NCBI GenBank assembly: GCA_945920215.1
Contig: CAMEJM010000003.1
Span: forward strand, 65,115 to 129,114
Reading direction: 5' to 3'
DNA: 64,000 nucleotides
Origin: an uncultured bacterium
Lineage (GTDB): Bacteria; Bacillota; Clostridia; Oscillospirales; CAG-272
In this document: one piece after another, positions 52,229 to 61,176 of the stretch
Position numbering within the stretch: the stretch's first letter is position 1
Layout: each line of letters begins with the position of its first letter
Notes under the pieces: model-generated
Databases searched by the model: none
Told to the model about the DNA's origin: nothing
The model's input: the letters and a program-made list of their open reading frames with translations, nothing else
Translations under genes and position numbers: made by a program

Positions 52229-53163
52229 AACGCTGCGTACTCGGAGTTGATACCAGCAACTACACGACCTCCGTCGCCGTGATTGACGAAGAACTCAATT
52301 TGATTGCCAATATCAAATATCCTCTTCCCGTCGGAGAGGGGGAGAGAGGAATCCGCCAGTCGGATGCGGTATTCGCGCACATAAAGAATCTGCCGCTTGC
52401 CTTTGAAGATTTGCGCGATAAGCTGCTCGGCTATGAGATTTGCGCAGTCGGTGTGTCAGAGCGCCCGCGCAATCATGACGGCTCCTATATGCCGTGCTTT
52501 CTTGCGGGGGTCAGCGCCGCCGGTGCGGCTGCCGCCGCGGCGGGAGTCCCCCTGATGCACTGGTCGCATCAGTGCGGGCACATTATGGCTGCCATTTACG
52601 GTGCCGGGGCGCTTCATCTTTTGAGCGAACCTTTCGGCGCCTTTCATATCTCGGGCGGAACCACAGAGCTTGTGCGAGCCTACCTTGCGGAAGGCGGCTT
52701 TCACACCGAGGTGGTCGGCGGCTCATCGGACTTGCATGCGGGACAGGTGATCGACCGTATCGGCGTCGCGCTCGGTATGCGTTTCCCGGCGGGACCGGCT
52801 CTGGAGCGCGCGGCACTTTCATGCGCCACTCGTCCGCCGCACAGAAAAATTGCCGCCGACGGTTGCTATGTGCATCTTTCCGGTCTTGAAAATATGGCGA
52901 TGAAGCTCTATACGGATACCCGGGATGTCCCTTTTACCGCGGCGTTTGTGTTTGATTATATCGGCGCTGCCATTGAGCACATGGCGAAAAGTTATATCGA
53001 AACTTACGGTTCCATGCCGCTTGTCTTCGCGGGCGGCGTGATGTCCAGTTGCATTTTGCAGCAAAGATTAAAGGAAAAATTCAACGCCTATTTTGCGCCT
53101 CCCGCGCTGAGCGCCGATAATGCGGTGGGAATTGCATTCCTGACCGCACACGAGGTTTTCTGA
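52225..53163 (+). CDS. Kae1/TsaD (peptidase M22) family protein, short clostridial-type paralogue
   Basis: 312 aa. N-terminal VLGVDTSNYTTSVAV (ASKHA fold phosphate-1) and an H-x4-H-x3-H region (MHWSHQCGHI). The start overlaps the nusB stop (ATGA). Confidence 0.7.
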   Translation: MKRCVLGVDTSNYTTSVAVIDEELNLIANIKYPLPVGEGERGIRQSDAVFAHIKNLPLAFEDLRDKLLGYEICAVGVSERPRNHDGSYMPCFLAGVSAAGAAAAAAGVPLMHWSHQCGHIMAAIYGAGALHLLSEPFGAFHISGGTTELVRAYLAEGGFHTEVVGGSSDLHAGQVIDRIGVALGMRFPAGPALERAALSCATRPPHRKIAADGCYVHLSGLENMAMKLYTDTRDVPFTAAFVFDYIGAAIEHMAKSYIETYGSMPLVFAGGVMSSCILQQRLKEKFNAYFAPPALSADNAVGIAFLTAHEVF

Positions 53164-53230
53164 CAATCCTACTTGGCGGGTGAGAATGCGTTTCCTGTAT
53201 CTTTGAATGAAAAAGAAAGGGGTCGGGGAG

Positions 53231-54454
53231 ATGGATGAATTGCAGCGCGACAGTGCCGTGACGGTGACTGCCTTGAACGAATACATCAATATGCTGATGC
53301 AGGCAGACCCGATTCTGACAAGTGTCAAAGTGCGCGGGGAACTGTCCAATTTCAAGCGTCATCCGAGCGGACACCTCTATTTTTCCCTGAAAGATGAGGG
53401 AGGAGTTCTGAGGTGTGTGATGTTCCGCAGCGCCGCGGCAAAAATGAAACTCGCGCTAACGGATGGCATGAAGCTCATTGCGCGCGGATATGTGCAGGTG
53501 TATTCCGGCACGGGACAATATCAGTTGTACGTGCAAACTCTTGAATCGGACGGCGTAGGTGATCTGTACCGGGCTTTTGAACAATTGAAAGCCAAACTCG
53601 CAAAAGAAGGGCTGTTCGACGAGGCGCGGAAGCGTCCGATCCCCGCCTATCCCGCAAAAATCGGAATTGTGACCTCTCCCACCGGCGCCGCTATTCAGGA
53701 TATGCTGAATATCCTCGGGCGCAGATTCCCGTACGCAGAGGTCGTTTTGTATCCAGCGCTTGTGCAGGGGAGCGATGCGCCTGCGGATTTGATACGCGGT
53801 ATCCGCTATTTTGGCGCCAATCCGCCCGATTTGATCATTATCGGCCGCGGCGGCGGTTCGATTGAGGATTTGTGGTGCTTTAACGACGAGGGACTTGCGC
53901 GCGAGATCGCCGCCTGCGAAGTACCCGTGATTTCAGCCGTAGGGCACGAAACCGATTTTACCATCTGCGATTTCGTGGCGGATTTGCGCGCCCCAACGCC
54001 ATCTGCTGCGGCGGAACTTGCGGTTCCGGACACGCAGGATGTTCTACGCGGGCTTTCCGCGCTTCTGAGACGCGCCGCCAAGGCGCTTGAGGCAAAGACG
54101 GCATATGCGCGCCTGCGCCTGACTCGTCTGACAGAATCTCAGGCGATGCGTTCCCCGGAACGGGCGCTTGCCCCGTATCTGATGCACCTTGCACAACTGG
54201 AAGACCGTCTGAGAGCCGCAGGGCGGCAGGAAATGACCGTGCGCCGGCACACGCTCGGCTTGCTTGCAGGAAAATTGCAGGCGTTGAGTCCGTTGGCGGT
54301 GCTGGACAGAGGCTATGCCATTCCGACTACCGAAAGCGGCGAGTGCATCCGCAGCGCCGATGATATTGTAAAAGAACAATTGCTGCATTTCCGTCTGCGC
54401 GACGGTGTTATCATTGCACGTGCGCAGGAAGTGACCAAGGAGGTTTTGAAGTGA
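53231..54454 (+). CDS. xseA: Exodeoxyribonuclease VII large subunit
   Basis: Track ORF 53207..54454, with ATG 53231 preferred for its RBS-like AAAGGGG upstream. Motifs: VTALNEYIN...VRGELSNFKRHPSGHLYFSLKD (OB fold) and GRGGGSIEDLW. Confidence 0.9.
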   Translation: MDELQRDSAVTVTALNEYINMLMQADPILTSVKVRGELSNFKRHPSGHLYFSLKDEGGVLRCVMFRSAAAKMKLALTDGMKLIARGYVQVYSGTGQYQLYVQTLESDGVGDLYRAFEQLKAKLAKEGLFDEARKRPIPAYPAKIGIVTSPTGAAIQDMLNILGRRFPYAEVVLYPALVQGSDAPADLIRGIRYFGANPPDLIIIGRGGGSIEDLWCFNDEGLAREIAACEVPVISAVGHETDFTICDFVADLRAPTPSAAAELAVPDTQDVLRGLSALLRRAAKALEAKTAYARLRLTRLTESQAMRSPERALAPYLMHLAQLEDRLRAAGRQEMTVRRHTLGLLAGKLQALSPLAVLDRGYAIPTTESGECIRSADDIVKEQLLHFRLRDGVIIARAQEVTKEVLK

Positions 54455-54669
54455 GCGCTAAAGAACAGAATTTTGAAACTGCGATTGCGGAGCTTGAAGA
54501 AACAGTCAAGCGTATGGAGGATGGCAACGAAACGCTGGACGAATTGCTTTCCGCGTATGAACGTGCCGTTTCGCTGGTCAGGCTTTGCACCGAAAAACTG
54601 ACAGCGGCTGAAACAAAACTGACAAAACTGACAGGGGAGGAAATGACCGATGACAGCGGAGAAAAATGA
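54451..54669 (+). CDS. xseB: Exodeoxyribonuclease VII small subunit
   Basis: 72 aa. GTG start overlapping the xseA stop. FETAIAELEETVKRMEDGNETLDELL. Confidence 0.88.
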   Translation: MSAKEQNFETAIAELEETVKRMEDGNETLDELLSAYERAVSLVRLCTEKLTAAETKLTKLTGEEMTDDSGEK

Positions 54670-55528
54670 AATGGCGCTCTTTGCGGAGCGCGTGGATCGG
54701 TTGCTTGATACTCTTCTCCCGCAGACGACCGACGGGACGCGCCGCGTCTGGGAAGCCATGCGTTACAGTACGCTCAGCGGAGGGAAACGCATTCGACCTT
54801 ACCTTGTGCAGGAAACGGCAAAAATACTCGGAGGGGACAGCGAGGTATCTCTCTGGTTCGCCGCTGCGGTGGAGCTGATTCATACCTATTCCCTCATACA
54901 CGACGATTTGCCTTGCATGGATAACGACGATTACAGGCGCGGGAAGCTGACCTGCCATAAAATGTTTGACGAAGCGACGGCGTTGCTTGCGGGAGACGGA
55001 CTTTTGACCTTGGCGTTTCATACGCTTGCCGCCTCGCACGCGACAGACCGGCAAAAGGCGGCGGCAGTGTGTCTGCTGTCGGAAACGGCGGGGTGCCATG
55101 GAATGATCGGCGGACAGGTCATGGATTTGGAAGCCGAGAATATTGAAATCACATTTGATACATTGCGCAAGCTGTATAAAGGCAAAACAAGCGCCCTCAT
55201 GCGCGCCTCCGTCGGGCTGGGGTGCATTGCTTCCGATATTTATGACGGAGAGGTATTTGACGCTTTCGCCACCTATGCGGAAGAAGTGGGAATGACTTTC
55301 CAGATGGTTGACGACCTGTTGGACGTTTATGGCACGGAAGCACTCGGAAAACCCATCGGAAGCGATGCGCGGAACGGGAAGAACACGTATCTTTCGTTTT
55401 TGAAACCCGAAGAGGTCAAAGCCGAAGCAAAGGAGCGGACAGCCGCCGCAAAAGCGGCAATCGCGGATATTCCCGGTACAAAGGCGCTATGCGACCTTGC
55501 CGACTCTTTGCTGACCCGTCAGAGATGA
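54650..55528 (+). CDS. ispA: Polyprenyl (farnesyl/geranylgeranyl) diphosphate synthase
   Basis: 292 aa. First Asp-rich motif LIHDDLPCMDNDDYRRG, second FQMVDDLLD. Confidence 0.9.
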   Translation: MTAEKNEMALFAERVDRLLDTLLPQTTDGTRRVWEAMRYSTLSGGKRIRPYLVQETAKILGGDSEVSLWFAAAVELIHTYSLIHDDLPCMDNDDYRRGKLTCHKMFDEATALLAGDGLLTLAFHTLAASHATDRQKAAAVCLLSETAGCHGMIGGQVMDLEAENIEITFDTLRKLYKGKTSALMRASVGLGCIASDIYDGEVFDAFATYAEEVGMTFQMVDDLLDVYGTEALGKPIGSDARNGKNTYLSFLKPEEVKAEAKERTAAAKAAIADIPGTKALCDLADSLLTRQR

Positions 55529-56274
55529 GACTCGACGTATATCTGACTGAAAACAGTTACGCCTCCAGCCGCAGTGAGGCGCAACGCCTGATACGCGCCG
55601 GTGCCGTCCTCCTTAACGGCAGAGTTTGTACCCGCTGTGCGGAACAGATAGACGACGGAGCGGAAGTCTCCGTCGACCGCTCCGCGTGCCGATATGTCAG
55701 CCGCGGAGGGCTGAAATTGGAAGGAGCGCTTGCACATTTTTCCTTATCGCCCGCCGGGCAGGTTTGTCTGGATGTGGGCGCTTCAAGCGGCGGATTTACG
55801 GATTGCCTGTTACAGCATGGCGCGGCAAAGGTTTACGCGCTTGAAAACGGAAGCGGACAATTGTCTCCCGTGTTGCAGAACAGAGATGATGTTGTCAGTA
55901 TTGAAAACTGCAACGCACGGTATATCACGGCGGCAGATTTTCCGGAACCAATTACTTTTGTAACCATGGATGTCTCCTTTATCTCACAGACTTTGATTTT
56001 GCCTGCGCTTTCGCAGGTCCTCGGAGACGGAGGAGTCCTCGTCACGCTGATCAAACCGCAGTTTGAGGTGGGACGCGCCGAGGTTGGCGGAGGCGGAATC
56101 GTCAGGCGTGCCGCCGCGCGGGAAAAAGCGATCGAGAAGGTATGTTCCGCCGCAACGCAGGCGGGCTTTACCGTGGAAGGAACCATGGAGTCTCCCATCT
56201 GCGGCGGAGACGGAAATATAGAGTATCTCGCGTATTTCAGAAAGAAAGGGAGTGCGTTACAATCAAAAGCATGA
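55525..56274 (+). CDS. tlyA: TlyA family rRNA 2'-O-methyltransferase
   Basis: Track ORF 55489..56274. ATG 55525 overlaps the ispA stop (ATGA) and gives MRLDVYLTENSYASSRSEAQRLI (S4 domain). The FtsJ-like region is DVGASSGGFTDCLL. Confidence 0.88.
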   Translation: MRLDVYLTENSYASSRSEAQRLIRAGAVLLNGRVCTRCAEQIDDGAEVSVDRSACRYVSRGGLKLEGALAHFSLSPAGQVCLDVGASSGGFTDCLLQHGAAKVYALENGSGQLSPVLQNRDDVVSIENCNARYITAADFPEPITFVTMDVSFISQTLILPALSQVLGDGGVLVTLIKPQFEVGRAEVGGGGIVRRAAAREKAIEKVCSAATQAGFTVEGTMESPICGGDGNIEYLAYFRKKGSALQSKA

Positions 56275-57134
56275 CACGTTTTCTGCTTGTGACCAATGCA
56301 AAAAAGGATCCGCAGTATGCGGTGACGCGCCTTGTGACAGAGCGCCTTTTGGAAAACGGGGGATATGTGGCGTTCGGAGCCAAGCAGGCGGAAATTGCCG
56401 CGCATTTCGGCGTGGATACCGCGCCCGAAATTTTGGATGGCTTTGACGCTGTGATTGTTATCGGGGGCGACGGCTCGGTTCTTGACGCGTCTGTGTGCGC
56501 CATTCAATATGATCTCCCTCTGCTTGGTATCAATCTCGGCAGGCTCGGTTATCTTGCGGAGCTGGAGGCAGATGAGTTGCCGGCGCTGGACCGGCTGTTT
56601 GACTCGCGGTATGAAATTCAGGACAGAATGACTCTTTCGCTTGAGTTGCTTCCCAAGGATGGGAAGAGCATTGTGTGTGAGCGCTTCGCGCTCAATGAGA
56701 TTTCGCTTTCTCACATGGGGCATAACGGAATAGCGGATATGTTTCTGACCGACAACATGGGCAACCGCATTCATTACCGCGGGGACGGGTTGCTGCTTGC
56801 CACTCCTTCCGGGTCTACCGCCTATTCCTTTTCTGCAGGCGGTCCGGTCATTGACCCAACGCTTGAGGCTATCTGCGTGACCCCTGTATGCCCTCACTCT
56901 TTCTTTAACAGATCCATGCTGCTCGGCGCGGGTGCCGTCATCACGGTGGAGAATACGACAAAAAACGATTCTCTTTACGTCAGTATAGACGGTCGCACCG
57001 CTTATGAACTTTCTCAAAACGAAAAAATAGTCGTGCGCAGAGCCGATCGTCGGTTGCGTATGATTTCATTCGGGGAAATCCCCACCTTTACAAGTCTGCG
57101 CCGGAAAATGGAACTGGCAGAACTCAAAGAATGA
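56271..57134 (+). CDS. nadK: NAD kinase
   Basis: Track ORF 56142..57134. ATG 56271 overlaps the tlyA stop (ATGA). Motifs: VIVIGGDGSVL, GINLGRLGYL and ATPSGSTAYSFSAGGP. Confidence 0.9.
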   Translation: MTRFLLVTNAKKDPQYAVTRLVTERLLENGGYVAFGAKQAEIAAHFGVDTAPEILDGFDAVIVIGGDGSVLDASVCAIQYDLPLLGINLGRLGYLAELEADELPALDRLFDSRYEIQDRMTLSLELLPKDGKSIVCERFALNEISLSHMGHNGIADMFLTDNMGNRIHYRGDGLLLATPSGSTAYSFSAGGPVIDPTLEAICVTPVCPHSFFNRSMLLGAGAVITVENTTKNDSLYVSIDGRTAYELSQNEKIVVRRADRRLRMISFGEIPTFTSLRRKMELAELKE

Positions 57135-57149
57135 CGAGGAGATAACACC

Positions 57150-57602
57150 ATGAAGAATAAAAGACAAGAAGCCATTCTGCGCATCGTCAGCACCTGCGAC
57201 GTGGATACGCAGGAGGGGTTGCTCGAAAAATTGCAGGCAGAGGGGTTCCAAGCAACACAGGCAACCATTTCCCGCGATATCCGTGAGCTGAAACTGGTGA
57301 AGAGCATGACCACCAGCGGATCGTATCGCTACGAGCTCACATCTCGGCAGGATTCGACAATTCCCAAATTCAACAGCGCATTGACCGAATCCATTACCCG
57401 CGTTGAGGTAGGCGGGAACATCGTGGTAATTCATACCTACTCCGGCATGGCGCAAGCGGTTGCCGCCTGCTTCGACTCCATGAAACTGGAGAATGTACTG
57501 GGGTGTGTCGCGGGGGATGATACGATCATGGCAGTCACCCGCGACGCGCATTCCGCCACAACGCTCGCAGAAAACCTGCGCACGATGATGAACACGTTAT
57601 AA
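57150..57602 (+). CDS. argR: Arginine repressor
   Basis: 150 aa. RQEAILRIVS...TQEGLLEKLQAEGFQATQATISRDIRELKLVK and C-terminal GCVAGDDTIM. Confidence 0.92.
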   Translation: MKNKRQEAILRIVSTCDVDTQEGLLEKLQAEGFQATQATISRDIRELKLVKSMTTSGSYRYELTSRQDSTIPKFNSALTESITRVEVGGNIVVIHTYSGMAQAVAACFDSMKLENVLGCVAGDDTIMAVTRDAHSATTLAENLRTMMNTL

Positions 57603-57610
57603 GTTGCAAT

Positions 57611-59305
57611 ATGTTATTGACTTTACACATTCGGAATGTCGCTTTGATACGGGAACTCGAAATGGATTTTTCGACCGGCTTTCAGGTTCTGACCGGTGAG
57701 ACGGGCGCGGGGAAGTCCATTCTGATCGACAGTATCGGCTTGCTCTGCGGTGCCAAAGCCGACAAAACGCTAATCCGTACGGGAGAGGAATACGCCTGTG
57801 TAGAGGGCACTTTCGGCGCCTTTTCTCAACAGGCGGTCAAAAACCTTGCGGAGATGGATTTACCGGTCGACGAGGAGGGGAAACTTCTTGTTCAGCGGTA
57901 TCTGTATGCCGACGGCCGCGGAAAAATCAAAGTTAACGGAGTCGCTGTCACGCTGGCTTCTCTGAAAGCGATTTCAAAATATCTTGTGGATATTCACGGG
58001 CAGACGGACACACTTGCCCTTTACGACAGCACCACATATATTCATGTTTTGGATACGTTTGCATCGCTTGATACGGCGCTTTCAGCCTACAAAGCCGCAT
58101 TCGACACCTACGAGAGTCTGCGACGTGAAATGGATGAAATCAACCGTGGGGAAGCCGAGCGCCTGCGCACCATAGAAATGCTGGCGTATCAGGTTGCCGA
58201 TATTGACGCGCTTTCACTCAAGCCCGGCGAAGATGAGGCGTTGGAAGAAAAGGAGAAACGCATCAAGAACCACGAGCGCATATACCGCCAGACAAATTTT
58301 GCATGGCGAGCGCTTAAAGGTGCGGAAAAAGGGAATGCCGCACTGTTGCTTGACCGCAGCGCCGCCGCCATCGAAACGCTGGGGGACGTGATTCCGGACG
58401 CGGAAAAGCTTGCCGCCGAAATACGTGATTGTCTGTACCGTATTGAGGACATTGCGGACAGGATATACGATATTTCCGAAAGCGATGAGGGGGATCCCAC
58501 TTCGCTCATTAACAAAATCGAACTGCGCCTTGACGCTATTTCAAAGTTGAAAAAGAAATACGGCGGTACGGTTGCCGAAATACTCGCTTACCGTGCAAGT
58601 GCCGCGCAGCGTCTCGAGAATATGCAGAACGCCGACGAGCGCTTGGAGGAACTTCGCGCCAAAGTTAAAACCGCGAAAGTCGAGGCGGACAAGCTGGCGC
58701 TTACGCTCCACAATACCCGCGTTGCCGCGGCGCAAACCCTTTCCGAACGTGTGGTCGAAACGCTTGTTTTTCTGGATATGCCTAAAGTGTCGTTCCGCGT
58801 GGAGATTGCGGAAAACAAGGATTCCGACGGGGAATATATACTATCCTCGGACGGCTTTGACAGCGTTGAGTTTCTGATTTCCGCGAACAGCGGGGAGCAA
58901 ATGCACTCTTTGTCCAAGGTTGCCTCAGGCGGAGAACTCGCCCGCATGATGCTCGCGCTTAAGAGCGTTGAAAACGAAAAAGATAATTCCACGGCAATGA
59001 TTTTTGATGAAATCGATGCCGGGGTGTCCGGCAAAACCGCTCGCAAAATCGGCATGAAACTGCTGGAACTGTCGCGCCGCACACAGATTTTCTGCGTCAC
59101 ACATTCGGCACAGATTGCCTCGCTTGCAGACGTTCATTTTCTGATTGCCAAGCATGAGAGCGAGGGACGCACCGTCACGACGGTGACTTCTTTGGACGAG
59201 GATGGTCGTATCCTTGAGTTGTCGCGTATACTCGGCGGTATTCATGTGACGGATGCTCAAAGACAGGCAGCAATTGATATGCGAGGCGAGAGAGGCAAAA
59301 TCTGA
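57611..59305 (+). CDS. recN: DNA repair protein RecN
   Basis: 564 aa. LTGETGAGKSIL Walker A, a coiled-coil middle region, and C-terminal ASGGELARMMLAL / MIFDEIDAGVSG. Confidence 0.95.
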   Translation: MLLTLHIRNVALIRELEMDFSTGFQVLTGETGAGKSILIDSIGLLCGAKADKTLIRTGEEYACVEGTFGAFSQQAVKNLAEMDLPVDEEGKLLVQRYLYADGRGKIKVNGVAVTLASLKAISKYLVDIHGQTDTLALYDSTTYIHVLDTFASLDTALSAYKAAFDTYESLRREMDEINRGEAERLRTIEMLAYQVADIDALSLKPGEDEALEEKEKRIKNHERIYRQTNFAWRALKGAEKGNAALLLDRSAAAIETLGDVIPDAEKLAAEIRDCLYRIEDIADRIYDISESDEGDPTSLINKIELRLDAISKLKKKYGGTVAEILAYRASAAQRLENMQNADERLEELRAKVKTAKVEADKLALTLHNTRVAAAQTLSERVVETLVFLDMPKVSFRVEIAENKDSDGEYILSSDGFDSVEFLISANSGEQMHSLSKVASGGELARMMLALKSVENEKDNSTAMIFDEIDAGVSGKTARKIGMKLLELSRRTQIFCVTHSAQIASLADVHFLIAKHESEGRTVTTVTSLDEDGRILELSRILGGIHVTDAQRQAAIDMRGERGKI

Positions 59306-59370
59306 GGGCGGATTCATGATTTCCCGGCGCGCCACGTAAACTGTAACAGTTTATGATGAAGGAGCCTGCC

Positions 59371-60270
59371 GTGGAAAACCAGTTTGAAAAAATCCTCAGC
59401 CGCATTCCCGACGTTCGTCTGATTACGCACTATCCAGCTTCCGCTCTTACCAGTTTCCGAATCGGAGGGGAAATTGCCTATGTGCTATACCCCGGCACCG
59501 AGAAAGCCCTTTGCGGTGCGGTCAAGTCGTTGCGGGAAGCGGGAATGGAATATCGCATTGTCGGCAGAGGAAGCAATATTCTTGCGCGCGATGAGCCGTT
59601 TTCCGGCGCGTGGATTGTTACGAAAGATTGCTGCAAATTGCATTTTCACGATCACCGAGCGGAAGCAGAGTGCGGTGTTTCACTGGATAGTCTGCTGGAA
59701 AGTTGCGCCGAGCGCGGACTTGGCGGGCTTGAAAACCTCCGTGGTATTCCGGGCAGCGTCGGAGGTGCCGTGAGCATGAACGCCGGAGCTTTCGGGACGC
59801 AGTTTTCCGATATTCTCACAGCGGTCAGGGCATACGATATACAAGCCGACAAGGTGGTTTGTCTAAGTTATGAGGAATGTGGCTTCGGCTACCGCCAAAG
59901 TATATTTCAAAGCGGGCGTTATGCGGTGTTGCAGGTTGCCTTGCGCTGTGCTGTGACCCGCACCGACTTAGTGCGGTCGCGCATGGACAGAGTAGCGACA
60001 TTGCGCGGGGCTTCACAGCCAATGGATCTACCCAGTGCCGGCAGCGTTTTTCGTCGCCCTGCCGGAAACTACGCGGGAAAACTGATCAGCGAAGCAGGAT
60101 TGTCCGGCGTTTCAATCGGCGGTGCGCAGGTCTCGGAAAAACACGCGGGTTTCATTGTGAACCGCGGAGGCGCCACGGCTGCCGATGTACGGGCGCTGAT
60201 TGAATTGATTCGCAAAACAGTGTACGAGAAATCGGGAATTCTGTTAGAGCCCGAACTGTTGATGGAATGA
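59371..60270 (+). CDS. murB: UDP-N-acetylenolpyruvoylglucosamine reductase
   Basis: Track ORF 59353..60270. GTG 59371 is preferred because GAAGGAG lies 6 nt upstream (ATG 59353 is the alternative). Motifs: TSFRIGGE, GRGSNIL, PGSVGGAVSMNAGA and AGSVFRRP. Confidence 0.9.
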   Translation: MENQFEKILSRIPDVRLITHYPASALTSFRIGGEIAYVLYPGTEKALCGAVKSLREAGMEYRIVGRGSNILARDEPFSGAWIVTKDCCKLHFHDHRAEAECGVSLDSLLESCAERGLGGLENLRGIPGSVGGAVSMNAGAFGTQFSDILTAVRAYDIQADKVVCLSYEECGFGYRQSIFQSGRYAVLQVALRCAVTRTDLVRSRMDRVATLRGASQPMDLPSAGSVFRRPAGNYAGKLISEAGLSGVSIGGAQVSEKHAGFIVNRGGATAADVRALIELIRKTVYEKSGILLEPELLME

Positions 60271-60287
60271 GTGAAAGGAGGGGCGGT

Positions 60288-61166
60288 ATGTCGTACGCGA
60301 AGCAAATGAAGCAGGCACTGATACAGCAGCCGCCTCAGAAACCCTGCTGTCGCAAGGCGCTTATCAACGGTTTTTTGTATGTCACCGCGTCACTGCGCGG
60401 ACAAGAAATCTGTGCCTTACTCTCCGGTAAAGAAACAGTTTCGTACTTTACGGAATTGGTCGCAGCGGTTTATCACACAGAACCGCATATCGAGAGCCGT
60501 CGTGGCGGCGGAGGTGCTGTTACAGTTTTATTTCATGCCCCATCTGCCTTGAAATTTGTGCAGAAACTTTCTGATTGCGGTACAGATTTACCGCTTTTTC
60601 ATAGATGCGATGAGTGCCAAACGCATTTCCTGCGCGGCGTATTTCTCGCCTGCGCGCATCCGTCAGACCCGAATAAAGAATTTCGCCTCGACCTCACGCC
60701 GTCTTACCGTGCGGTACCGCTCGCCGCTTATTTGTCCTCGCTCGGATTGCCGCCTCATCAGACACTACGCGGGGAGAGAGAACTGCTGTATTACCGCTCC
60801 GCCGACGCAGTTTCCGACTTCTTCGGCCGCATGGATATGATGGACGCTTATTTTCAACTGCAAAACGAGTACCTGAAAAAAGACTTGAACAATCTGGCGA
60901 ACAGGCAAAGCAACTGCACCATTCACAACATCGGTCGCAGTGTGGAATCCACGGCGGAGCAGGTGCGCCTGATTCGTCGTATGAAAGAGCAGAACAAGCT
61001 GTCTCTTTTACCGGAGGAGCTGAAAGCCACAGCCGAACTGCGGCTCATGTACGATAACTATTCGCTTTCTCAGCTGGTTGGTGTGGCTGTCCCGCCCATT
61101 TCAAAATCAGGGCTGAACCACCGTTTGCAGAAAATTATGGAAATTGCGCAGAAAACAGATTTGTAA
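60288..61166 (+). CDS. whiA: DNA-binding protein WhiA
   Basis: Track ORF 60267..61166. ATG 60288 (MSYAKQMKQAL) follows AGGAGG. It has LAGLIDADG-like repeats and a C-terminal HTH (ISKSGLNHRLQKI). Confidence 0.88.
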   Translation: MSYAKQMKQALIQQPPQKPCCRKALINGFLYVTASLRGQEICALLSGKETVSYFTELVAAVYHTEPHIESRRGGGGAVTVLFHAPSALKFVQKLSDCGTDLPLFHRCDECQTHFLRGVFLACAHPSDPNKEFRLDLTPSYRAVPLAAYLSSLGLPPHQTLRGERELLYYRSADAVSDFFGRMDMMDAYFQLQNEYLKKDLNNLANRQSNCTIHNIGRSVESTAEQVRLIRRMKEQNKLSLLPEELKATAELRLMYDNYSLSQLVGVAVPPISKSGLNHRLQKIMEIAQKTDL

Positions 61167-61176
61167 AGGAACGGAT

